From: Nitrospirota bacterium | GTDB taxonomy: Bacteria > Nitrospirota > Thermodesulfovibrionia > Thermodesulfovibrionales > UBA9159 | Reading direction: 5' to 3' | DNA length: 64,000 nt | Assembly (NCBI GenBank): GCA_023475105.1 | Contig: JAMCWJ010000030.1 | Coordinates: 1,743-65,742, forward strand | Shown here: piece by piece, positions 49,713 through 58,286 of the stretch | Numbering within the stretch: position 1 is the stretch's first letter | Layout of the letters: every line of letters starts with the position of its first letter | Made by a program: the position numbers and the translations under genes | The notes under the pieces: model-generated | What the model was told of the DNA's origin: nothing | The model's database searches: none | What the model saw: the letters and a program-made list of their open reading frames with translations, nothing else

Positions 49713-50630
49713 ATGGAATATCTTCAATTTATTGTCATCATAATTTTCTCTCCTCTCATTCAGGGGATAATCAAGAAGGTGAAGGCCGCGATGCAGGGCA
49801 GGGTGGGGCCGGGCGTCTTCCAGCCCTATTATGATCTCGTGAGGCTTCTGAAAAAGGAGATGGTGATATCCGGTGTCACTTCCTGGGTGTTCAGGGCCAC
49901 CCCCTTTATCGTCTTCGCTTCGACCGTTGCCGCAGCAATGATTATCCCTGTGATCACGACGAGGTCTCCCTTCAGTGCGATGGGCGACGTCATCGCGCTC
50001 ATCTATATTTTCGCCCTGGGCAGATTTTTCATGGCCCTGGCCGGCCTCGACGCGGGGACCGCTTTCGGCGGTGAGGGCAGCAGCAGGGAGATGGCGGTGG
50101 CGATGCTCGTGGAACCGATGATGATGCTGAGCATATTCACGGCGGCGATAGCCGCCGGTTCGACGAACATCGCCGTGATTGCGGAAAAGCAGGACATATT
50201 CTATTCGCCTTCGCACGTCCTCGCCCTGTCCGCCTTCATCGTGGCGGTCGTCGCGGAGACGGGCAGGATTCCCGTCGATAACCCCGATACGCATCTGGAG
50301 CTGACGATGATCCACGAGGGAATGCTCCTCGAGTATTCCGGGAGGTACCTGGCTCTTATGGAATGGGCCCACTTTATGAAGCAGATGCTCCTGTTTACGC
50401 TCGCCGTCGACATCTTCTTTCCTCTCGGCATACCGGCCGCCACGGGCCTGCCGGGGCTTGCGGCGTCCTTCGGCATCTATTCCCTGAAGATGGTCCTGAT
50501 GGCGGTCCTGATGGCGGCAATTGAATCGTCAAGGGCGAAGCTGCGGTTTTTTCAGCTCCCTTCCCTCCTGGGAGGGGCCTTTGTCCTGGCCCTGCTTTCG
50601 CTCCTGACCTACATTATGATGGGGAAATGA
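49713..50630 (+). CDS. NuoH/HyfC/HycD-like membrane subunit
   Basis: KAAMQGRVGPGVFQPYYDLVRLLKKE...AETGRIPVDNPDTHLELTMIHEGMLLEYSGR. Confidence 0.85.
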   Translation: MEYLQFIVIIIFSPLIQGIIKKVKAAMQGRVGPGVFQPYYDLVRLLKKEMVISGVTSWVFRATPFIVFASTVAAAMIIPVITTRSPFSAMGDVIALIYIFALGRFFMALAGLDAGTAFGGEGSSREMAVAMLVEPMMMLSIFTAAIAAGSTNIAVIAEKQDIFYSPSHVLALSAFIVAVVAETGRIPVDNPDTHLELTMIHEGMLLEYSGRYLALMEWAHFMKQMLLFTLAVDIFFPLGIPAATGLPGLAASFGIYSLKMVLMAVLMAAIESSRAKLRFFQLPSLLGGAFVLALLSLLTYIMMGK

Positions 50631-50652
50631 ATAAAGAGATCAAAATAAGATC

Positions 50653-50722
50653 GTCATTGCGAGGCGTTGTGCGCCGAAGCAATCTCAAGGCGGGGGGATT
50701 GCTTCACTTCGTTCGCAATGAC
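50653..50722. repeat. nested-palindrome dispersed repeat, variant copy C (inside the operon)
   Basis: Sequence gtcattgcgaggcgttgtgcgccgaagcaatctcaaggcggggggattgcttcacttcgttcgcaatgac. 10-bp terminal inverted repeat GTCATTGCGA/TCGCAATGAC and inner inverted repeat GAAGCAATC/GATTGCTTC. Confidence 0.8.
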
Positions 50723-50739
50723 AGGGTAAGGCGTCTGAT

Positions 50740-51399
50740 TTGAAGAACTGGATACAGGCATTTTCGGTGATCGATTTCATATCCGTGGGGATACTGCTCA
50801 CCGCGGTCTCGATGAACGCCCTCAAGAGACTTGAGTCGTGCGTGAAGGTGTACACGCTGAATTCCTGGCTCCTGGCGTCTCTGATCGCAATCGTGTCATT
50901 TATGATCGGGGAGGCTCACCTCTATGTTGCCGCCGCGCTGACATTGACGACAAAGGGCGTTCTCCTCCCTGTTTTTCTCAAGAGGATCGTGAGACAGATG
51001 AAGGTGACCCGGGACGACGAGCCGTACATCAACAATGCCCTCTCCCTTACCATCTCCGGGGTCCTTGTGGCGGTAGTTTATGTATCGCTGGGGGAGGGGA
51101 TATTCGTTTCGGGTTTCTCAAGGAATGTGCTGCAGATCTCCATTGCGGTGATCGTCATAGGGCTGTTCACGATGATCACCCGCAGGAAAGCAATAACACA
51201 AGTGATCGGGCTGCTTTTTATGGAAAACGGCCTCTTCTTGGCCGGATTTTCTCTCACATTCGGCATGCCGCTAATCATAGAGCTTGGGGTCTTGTTCGAC
51301 ATGCTTATGGGAGTGATCATACTGGGAATATTTGTCGTACAGATTAAGAGGTCCTTTCTTTCTACGGACCTCGACAAGCTGACGACCCTGAGAGGTTGA
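50740..51399 (+). CDS. HyfE-like (NuoK-related) membrane subunit
   Basis: A 219-aa polytopic protein positioned as hyfE. ...VIGLLFMENGLFLAGFSLTFGMPLIIELGVLFDMLMGV. TTG start is uncertain. Confidence 0.75.
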   Translation: MKNWIQAFSVIDFISVGILLTAVSMNALKRLESCVKVYTLNSWLLASLIAIVSFMIGEAHLYVAAALTLTTKGVLLPVFLKRIVRQMKVTRDDEPYINNALSLTISGVLVAVVYVSLGEGIFVSGFSRNVLQISIAVIVIGLFTMITRRKAITQVIGLLFMENGLFLAGFSLTFGMPLIIELGVLFDMLMGVIILGIFVVQIKRSFLSTDLDKLTTLRG

Positions 51400-52859
51400 A
51401 GATGATCGGCGTATTACTGCTTATTCCCGTTGTTACCGCCCTGCTGTGCTCATTCTTCAGGAACAGGAAGACGATCGAAGTTATCAACGTTATCGGGGTC
51501 ATCGCCCTGACGGCGGTCTCCGTCCCACAGATCACAGGCGCTCTTTCGGCGCAGGAATATTTCATGGGAGGCGTCCTGTTTATGGATGCCCTTTCCGCCT
51601 ATATCATGGCAATCGTTGTATTTATCGCCCTTGTTGCCGCAATCTATTCAGTAGATTATATGGGACAGGAATATAAAGAGGGAGCGGTGACCTTAAAGGG
51701 GCTGCGTTATTATTATGCCCTATTTCATCTCTTCATATTCACCATGCTCCTTGTTTCCGTATCGAACAACCTCGCGGTATTCTGGATAGCGATAGAAGGA
51801 ACAACACTCGTCTCGGCGCTCCTTGTCGGTTTCTACAAGAACAGGCAATCTATCGAAGCGGCATGGAAGTACATTATTCTTTGTACGGTGGGAATCACCT
51901 TTGCACTGCTGGGGATATTCATTACCTATTACGCCTCGGCTGGAGCAACGGGGGGAAAGGGCACACTGAACTGGACGGAACTGAGAGAAATGTCACACAG
52001 GCTTAACCCATCGACGATGAAGCTGGCGTTCATCCTAATACTTATCGGTTACGGTACAAAGGCCGGGCTCGCGCCGGTCCATAACTGGCTCCCGGACGCC
52101 CACAGCCAGGCTCCGACGCCGATAAGCGCTCTCCTTTCGAGTATTCTGCTTAAATGTGCCTTTATCGGGATTGTGAGGTTTGCTATTATTCTCAACGGTT
52201 CTGCCGGCTCTTCATACGCCGGCAACCTCCTCCTGATATTCGGTTTATTGTCCATGGGGATTGCTACTGCATTTATCCTTCTTCAAAACAATTATAAGAG
52301 GCTGCTTGCCTATCACAGCATTGAACATATAGGGATCATAGCCACCGGGATGGGGCTAGGCGGGCCTCTCGGCATTTACGGTTCCCTGCTGCATATCCTC
52401 AACCATGCTATTGTGAAAGCCTTGCTCTTTTTTACCACCGGCCAGGTAAGGCTAAGGTACTTTTCTACGAAAATTGACAAAGTCAGGGGCGTGATAACCC
52501 TTCTGCCGGTTTCGGGGGCCGTCATGCTGCTCGCGGCGCTCGCCATTGCGGGCACGCCTCCATTTAACATTTTTCTGAGCGAGTTTATCATCCTTAAGGC
52601 CGCAGCCGAAGGCGGAAGCTGGGTAACATTCACTCTTTTCCTGGTATTCGCGACGATTATTTTCGGTGGTGTCCTGCATCACTTCGGCGGTATGGCTTTC
52701 GGGGAACCCAACGTCAGCCACGAGATGAAAGGAGAGCGTAAACTGGTAAGTATTTTGATTGTTGTCATGGCAACCGGCATGCTCTTGCTGGGGGTTTATG
52801 TACCTTCGTTTCTTGAGCTGATGCTCTCCGGTTCTCTCAAGGTCATCACGGGGGGATGA
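51396..52859 (+). CDS. NuoN/NuoM/HyfF-like antiporter-type subunit
   Basis: FWIAIEGTTLVSALLV...GYGTKAGLAPVHNWLPDAHSQAPTPISALLS...LLAYHSIEHIG. The start overlaps the upstream stop. Confidence 0.85.
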   Translation: MKMIGVLLLIPVVTALLCSFFRNRKTIEVINVIGVIALTAVSVPQITGALSAQEYFMGGVLFMDALSAYIMAIVVFIALVAAIYSVDYMGQEYKEGAVTLKGLRYYYALFHLFIFTMLLVSVSNNLAVFWIAIEGTTLVSALLVGFYKNRQSIEAAWKYIILCTVGITFALLGIFITYYASAGATGGKGTLNWTELREMSHRLNPSTMKLAFILILIGYGTKAGLAPVHNWLPDAHSQAPTPISALLSSILLKCAFIGIVRFAIILNGSAGSSYAGNLLLIFGLLSMGIATAFILLQNNYKRLLAYHSIEHIGIIATGMGLGGPLGIYGSLLHILNHAIVKALLFFTTGQVRLRYFSTKIDKVRGVITLLPVSGAVMLLAALAIAGTPPFNIFLSEFIILKAAAEGGSWVTFTLFLVFATIIFGGVLHHFGGMAFGEPNVSHEMKGERKLVSILIVVMATGMLLLGVYVPSFLELMLSGSLKVITGG

Positions 52860-52862
52860 TGC

Positions 52863-54392
52863 ATGATGAATAATGAGCACTACAGAGAGCTGGGGGGCCG
52901 GGAATTCAGAGATCACTGTATCTCACTTTGCCGAAGCGGTTTCACTCTTCGCCTGATGTTTGCAACCGATGAAAGGGAGAACGAAGGATGTTTCAAAATC
53001 TATGTGGTTTTTTCAGAAACAGGAAAAGACAGTTTTCAGATACCGTTCCTGAAGCTGAAGGGAGACGACCTTTCCTATCATGGCCTGACTCCGGATATTC
53101 CTGCCGTGCACTGGTACGAACGTGAGATTCACGACATGTTCGGCCTCACTCCCGAGGGTCATCCGGACCTCCGAAGGCTTGTTTTCCATGACTCTTTCCC
53201 CGGGGACTCGTACCCTCTCAGGAAGGACTGGAAGATTAGTGAGGCCGAGTTAAGGGAATGGGGCGAGGGGCTGGTCCGGAAGGAACCGTATCATTTCATG
53301 GAAGTGAAGGGAGAGGGCGTCTATGAGATACCCGTGGGGCCCGTTCACGCCGGAATAATCGAGCCGGGGCATTTCAGGTTCAGCGCGGTGGGCGAGACCA
53401 TATTTTTCCTCGAGCCGAGGCTGTTTTATACGCACAAGGGTACGGAGAAGCTTTTCGAGGGGTTCGGGTTCAGTGAAGGTGTCAGGCTTGCTGAAAGGGT
53501 GTCCGGCACATCGTCATTTTCTCACGGCACCGCTTACTGCATGGCGGTGGAGAGGATGTCCGGGACCGATATCCCCGAAAAAGCAAAGGCGATAAGGACA
53601 CTCCTTCTGGAACTTGAGAGGTTGTATAACCATGTTGGGGACATCGGCAATATGTGCGCGGGGACCGGGCTTGCCGTGGGATATGCCGCCGGCGCGCTCA
53701 TCAAAGAAAAGCTCATGCAGCTTAATGAGAGAGTGTCGGGAAGCAGATATCTGAGGGGGGTGAATGTTATCGGAGGGGTGACAAAAGACATATTTCAGTA
53801 CGCCGATGACATCCTGACGACGCTCGAGACAGCGACAGGGGATTACAAGGCGTTCATGAAACTGCTCCTCGGCGCGATCTCGCATGTTGAGCGGCTGGAA
53901 AACGCCGGGCAACTGTCCAGGGAGATCGCGATGAAACTTGGAGTGACAGGCGTGGCTGCAAGGGCCTCCGGGGTAAACGACGACATCAGAAAGGCGCATC
54001 CCCATCTCCTCTACGACAGGCTCGAATTCGAACCGCACACCACGACAAGGGGCGACGTCTTTGCGAGGATGATGGTGAGGGCCGAAGAGGCGGAGTGCTC
54101 CATATCCATGATCCATGCGCTCCTTGAGAGGAATTACGGAAGAGAGCTTGCTGCGGAGGTGAAGGACGTGTCCCCGCATGCCTGCGCCCTAGGGTACACC
54201 GAGTCGCCGAGAGGCTCGCTCTTCTACTGGGTCAAATCGGATGCAGAGGGAAGACCGCTCAGGGTGAAACTGAGGTCGCCGTCCTATTGCAATTGGCCCG
54301 CGGTCCCCTTTGCGGTGCACGGAAACATCGTTCCTGATTTTCCGCTCTGCAACAAGAGCTTCAATCTCTCCTATTCCGGATGCGATATGTGA
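52863..54392 (+). CDS. NuoC-NuoD fusion / HycE-HyfG-like large subunit lacking the [NiFe] cysteine ligands
   Basis: HWYEREIHDMFGL (NuoC part). GPVHAGIIEPGHFRFSAVGE, ESPRGSLFYW (NuoD/large-subunit part). RVSGTSSFSH stands where RxCGxCxxxH is expected. The C-terminus is ..FNLSYSGCDM*. Confidence 0.85.
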   Translation: MMNNEHYRELGGREFRDHCISLCRSGFTLRLMFATDERENEGCFKIYVVFSETGKDSFQIPFLKLKGDDLSYHGLTPDIPAVHWYEREIHDMFGLTPEGHPDLRRLVFHDSFPGDSYPLRKDWKISEAELREWGEGLVRKEPYHFMEVKGEGVYEIPVGPVHAGIIEPGHFRFSAVGETIFFLEPRLFYTHKGTEKLFEGFGFSEGVRLAERVSGTSSFSHGTAYCMAVERMSGTDIPEKAKAIRTLLLELERLYNHVGDIGNMCAGTGLAVGYAAGALIKEKLMQLNERVSGSRYLRGVNVIGGVTKDIFQYADDILTTLETATGDYKAFMKLLLGAISHVERLENAGQLSREIAMKLGVTGVAARASGVNDDIRKAHPHLLYDRLEFEPHTTTRGDVFARMMVRAEEAECSISMIHALLERNYGRELAAEVKDVSPHACALGYTESPRGSLFYWVKSDAEGRPLRVKLRSPSYCNWPAVPFAVHGNIVPDFPLCNKSFNLSYSGCDM

Positions 54393-54402
54393 GGAGGTTC
54401 TC

Positions 54403-54933
54403 ATGATAAAGGAAATTCTTAAAAACATAACGGGGAAAAAGCAGGCGATCCGGTTTCCCGGGGGGAGTGCCGTATCCCCTGAAGACGCGGCGAAGATCCC
54501 GGCGCTTCAGGAGGGGATGGGGAAGGTTTTCCGCAGGTCCCTCAGGATCCGGCAGGTCGACGGAGGATCGTGCAATGCCTGCGAGTGGGAATGTACGGCG
54601 CTCACGAATCCGGTCTACGATGTCGAGAGGTTTGGCATCGGCTTCGTCGCATCGCCGAGGCACGCGGACGCGCTCCTCGTGACCGGCCCCGTCTCGCGGC
54701 AGATGGAGCTTGCGCTGAGAAAGACCTACCTCGCGACCCCGGAGCCCAGGCTCGTGATCGCCTTGGGCGACTGTGCCGTCGACGGAGGTATTTACAAGGG
54801 GAGCTACGCGGTCACGGACGGGGTCGCGAACGTCATACCTGTGGACTGTTTCATCCCGGGATGTCCGCCTTCCCCGGCGGAGATCATAGCGGGCGTCCTG
54901 CGACTGCTGGAAGAGCTGGCCCGCAGAAAATGA
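54403..54933 (+). CDS. NuoB/HycG-like small subunit with one [4Fe-4S] site
   Basis: RBS GAGGAGG. GGSCNACEWE, ..ALGDCAVDGG.., ..IPGCPPSP supply the four-Cys N2-type cluster pattern. Confidence 0.85.
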   Translation: MIKEILKNITGKKQAIRFPGGSAVSPEDAAKIPALQEGMGKVFRRSLRIRQVDGGSCNACEWECTALTNPVYDVERFGIGFVASPRHADALLVTGPVSRQMELALRKTYLATPEPRLVIALGDCAVDGGIYKGSYAVTDGVANVIPVDCFIPGCPPSPAEIIAGVLRLLEELARRK

Positions 54934-55014
54934 TCCTGCCCGGCAGGTGGGAGACGGGAAACCGCATAATGACTTTTCTCTTTTCCCTAATATATTATAA
55001 AAGCCGTTATCCCT

Positions 55015-55764
55015 ATGGAAGAAGTATACAGCATAAAGCTCCCAGTCTTCGAAGGCCCCCTTGATCTCCTCCTGCATCTCATTAAGGAGAACAAGGTCGA
55101 TATTTACGACATACCGATTGCGCTCATCACCCATCAATACCTCGAATACATCGAGATGATGAAAGAACTCAACCTCGATGTTGCGGGGGAATTTCTTCTC
55201 ATGGCGGCGACCCTTATCCATATCAAGTCCAGAATGCTCCTCCCCGTGGAAGAAGTGTCCGGGGAGGAACCGCAGGACCCGAGGTTCGAGCTGGTCCAGA
55301 GGCTTATCGAATATCAGGCGTTCAAAGAGGCGTCGCTTGCGCTGAAGGAGAAGGAAGAGGAGTGGAGCAGCGTCTTTTCCAGGGAGGCCGGAGACACGGA
55401 GGAGGAAAGCGAAAATAGCGGGGAGCTGGACCTTTTTGACCTAAGCCTTTTCGACCTTCTCGGCGCTTTCAGAAAACTTCTCGAGAAGGCGCCGCCGGAG
55501 ATCGTTAATATCACCAAGGAGACTTTGACCGTCAAGGACAGGATCGCCTTTATTATGGAAAGGCTCGAAAATCAGGAGACCGTGCGCTTCGAAGCCCTCT
55601 TCGAGGGCGCAATGACGAAGGCCTACCTTATCGTGACCTTCGTAGCCCTCCTCGAAATCCTCAGACTGGGACTCGCAAGGGCCTATCAGGAGGGAGACTT
55701 CGGAACGATATGGGTCATCAATTCCCAACGGCAGCCGGCGGGGGAAATCGGGCCGGCGGAATAA
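55015..55764 (+). CDS. scpA: segregation and condensation protein A
   Basis: FEGPLDLLLHLIKENKVDIYDIPIALITHQYLEYI...AGEFLLMAATLIHIKSRMLLP. Confidence 0.9.
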   Translation: MEEVYSIKLPVFEGPLDLLLHLIKENKVDIYDIPIALITHQYLEYIEMMKELNLDVAGEFLLMAATLIHIKSRMLLPVEEVSGEEPQDPRFELVQRLIEYQAFKEASLALKEKEEEWSSVFSREAGDTEEESENSGELDLFDLSLFDLLGAFRKLLEKAPPEIVNITKETLTVKDRIAFIMERLENQETVRFEALFEGAMTKAYLIVTFVALLEILRLGLARAYQEGDFGTIWVINSQRQPAGEIGPAE

Positions 55765-55873
55765 GGGACGGGGAAGTTTTTCACCTGCCGGCACGAAATG
55801 TCCAAGCGCGCTTCTTGCTCTTTTTGGGCCCCGGAATCCGGACAAAAAGCACTGAGCTATTGACCGGAAATTG

Positions 55874-55882
55874 TGCTATACT
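55874..55882 (+). promoter_or_regulatory. candidate extended -10 promoter element upstream of rplI
   Basis: TGcTATACT, about 138 nt upstream of the rplI ATG. No well-spaced -35 element. Confidence 0.25.
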
Positions 55883-56019
55883 AGGGAAAACGAGGTGGAC
55901 CGTATACCCGGAGAGACCCATGCATTTCCGCGTCCCCGAATCAGACATTGCAGCGCAGTTTTGTACCTTTCGGGGCATGAAACCCTTGATTACCTTACAA
56001 TAAAGAAGGAGGCCGGCGA

Positions 56020-56463
56020 ATGAAAGTGATTCTTCAGGAAGATGTCAAGAATCTTGGAAGGATGGGTGAAGTGGTGAATGTTGCCGACGGATTTGCAAGA
56101 AACTACCTGATCCCGAGGAAGCTTGGGGTCGAAGCAAATGTCAACAATATCAAGGCCCTGGATCACGAAAAGCGAAAGATAGAGGAGAAGGCGAAGAAAA
56201 TGAGAAATGACGCCCAGGGACAGGCCGAAAGGCTCTCGGCAACGACACTCACCCTGAGCGCCAAGGCAGGGGAAGAGGAGAAGCTTTTCGGTTCGATCAC
56301 ATCCATGGACATCGCCGAAGCCCTGAAAAAAGAAGGGTTCGAGATAGACAAGAAAAAGATTCTCCTCGAAGAACCGATCAAGAGGATCGGCTCCTACAGT
56401 GTGGGAGTAAAGATTCATCACGAGATCATTGCCCAGGTACAGGTCAAAGTAGTCGCAGAATGA
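56020..56463 (+). CDS. rplI: 50S ribosomal protein L9
   Basis: MKVILQEDVKNLGRMGEVVNVADGFARNYLIPRKLG. Confidence 0.95.
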   Translation: MKVILQEDVKNLGRMGEVVNVADGFARNYLIPRKLGVEANVNNIKALDHEKRKIEEKAKKMRNDAQGQAERLSATTLTLSAKAGEEEKLFGSITSMDIAEALKKEGFEIDKKKILLEEPIKRIGSYSVGVKIHHEIIAQVQVKVVAE

Positions 56464-57833
56464 ACGATGCGGACGTAGCGCTGGACAAACTCCCTCCTCA
56501 GAACGTCGAGGCCGAGCAGTCTATCCTCGGCGCCATTCTCCTGGAGAATGACGCCCTGCCGAAGGCGATCGAAATCCTTTCTCCCGAGGACTTTTACCGG
56601 GAGGCCCACCGGAAACTCTTCAACAGCATGACGGACCTCTTCGAAAGGAATGAGGCGATAGACATCATCACCGTCACCGACACGCTCAAGAGGAAGAATG
56701 AGCTGGAGGCCGTAGGCGGCGTCACCTATCTTTCGCACCTCGTGAACCAGGTGCCGACCGCGGCGAACGTACGCTACCATGCGAAAATTGTGAAGGAAAA
56801 GGCCCTGCTCAGGGCGCTCCTCAAGTCAGCCACTGAAATCGCCGCGAAGGTCTATGAATCCTCGCTCCAGGCGGACGAGATGGTCGATTATGCGGAAAGG
56901 ACCATCTTCGACATTTCCGACAAGCGCACGAAGACGTCCTTTTTTACCCTGAAAGACGTGATGAAGAGCAGTTTCGAGATGATCGAGCACCTCTACGACA
57001 AGAAAGAGGCGATCACCGGCATACCGTCGGGGTTCGCCGACCTGGACGATCTCACCACGGGCTTCCAGCCGGGGGACCTGATCATAATCGGAGGCAGGCC
57101 GTCCATGGGGAAAACGGCGCTGGGGCTCAACATTGCGCAGCATGTCGCCATCGAGGTGCGGGAACCCGTTGCGATCTTCAGCCTCGAGATGTCGAAGGAG
57201 CAACTCGCGATGAGGATGTTGTGCTCCGAGGCCCGCGTCGACTCCAACAGTGTGCGGAAAGGCTTTATCAGGAAAGAGGACTGGCATAAGCTCACGAGCG
57301 CTGCGGGCAGGCTGGCCGATGCGCCGATCTTTATCGACGATTCTTCGGGGATATCGGTCCTCGAAATGAGGGCAAAGGCGAGGCGCCTCAAGATGGAGCA
57401 CGGGGGGCTGAGTCTCGTCCTGGTCGACTATCTTCAGCTCATGAGGGGAAGGGGCAACTTCGAAAGAAGGGAACAGGAGATATCGGACATATCCCGTTCC
57501 CTCAAGGGCCTTGCAAAGGAGCTGAAGGTCCCGGTCATCGCCCTGAGCCAGTTGAACAGGGCCGTGGAGCAGAGGGGAGAGAAGAAGCCGACCCTTGCGG
57601 ATCTGAGGGAATCGGGAGCGATCGAGCAGGACGCGGACGTGATCATCTTTCTTTACAGGGACGAGGTATACAACAAGAACAATCCCTCGAACAGGGGCGA
57701 GGCGGAGATCAACATCGCGAAGCAGCGAAACGGCCCCACGAGCACCATAACGCTCACGTTCCTTTCGAACTGCACGAGGTTCGTGCCCCATGCGAAGATG
57801 GAATACCACGAAGAGTCCGAGGAGGTCTTTTGA
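56460..57833 (+). CDS. dnaB: replicative DNA helicase DnaB
   Basis: PPQNVEAEQSILGAILL...GGRPSMGKTALGLNIA...VDYLQLM...EISRSLKGLAKELKVPVIALSQLNR...DLRESGAIEQDADV. Confidence 0.95.
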   Translation: MNDADVALDKLPPQNVEAEQSILGAILLENDALPKAIEILSPEDFYREAHRKLFNSMTDLFERNEAIDIITVTDTLKRKNELEAVGGVTYLSHLVNQVPTAANVRYHAKIVKEKALLRALLKSATEIAAKVYESSLQADEMVDYAERTIFDISDKRTKTSFFTLKDVMKSSFEMIEHLYDKKEAITGIPSGFADLDDLTTGFQPGDLIIIGGRPSMGKTALGLNIAQHVAIEVREPVAIFSLEMSKEQLAMRMLCSEARVDSNSVRKGFIRKEDWHKLTSAAGRLADAPIFIDDSSGISVLEMRAKARRLKMEHGGLSLVLVDYLQLMRGRGNFERREQEISDISRSLKGLAKELKVPVIALSQLNRAVEQRGEKKPTLADLRESGAIEQDADVIIFLYRDEVYNKNNPSNRGEAEINIAKQRNGPTSTITLTFLSNCTRFVPHAKMEYHEESEEVF

Positions 57834-58028
57834 CCGGGGCGGTCCCTCAGGGGTCCGGCCCGAGCACGGGAATGCCTTTCGCAGGGGACGGAAGGGTCGC
57901 GGCGGAAGGATGAAGGAACTGCACGTCCTCTTTGTTGAGGAGAAAGAGGCGGGGGCGGCGGCCCTCTGCGGAGTGTCCTGCGCGGACATAAACACGATCG
58001 AAGATTACGAGAGAATCGGAGGGAAGAC

Positions 58029-58226
58029 ATGTTTGGATTAGGAATGCAGGAACTTGTTATCATTCTGATAATTGTCCTTGTGCTCTTCGGCGCCACGCGG
58101 CTGCCCGAGATAGGGAAGGGGATCGGCCAGGCGATACGGAACTTCAAGAAGGCCACGTCGGAACCCGACGAAATAGATGTTACCCCCAAGAAGCCCGTGG
58201 ACGAAAAGAAAGAGGAGAAGAAGTGA
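58029..58226 (+). CDS. tatA: twin-arginine translocase subunit TatA/E
   Basis: [42 protein letters not shown]. Confidence 0.9.
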   Translation: MFGLGMQELVIILIIVLVLFGATRLPEIGKGIGQAIRNFKKATSEPDEIDVTPKKPVDEKKEEKK

Positions 58227-58286
58227 GAGGTTGGGTATTTTCGGAGGGTCCGCGGGGGAGGAGAAGTCTCCGACGCGCAGAAGGAA

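Noticed and set aside
57910-58041. A small ORF ([43 protein letters not shown]) between dnaB and tatA.
   Set aside because: It is 43 codons long, the putative RBS abuts the start codon, and there is no recognisable family. The evidence is insufficient.
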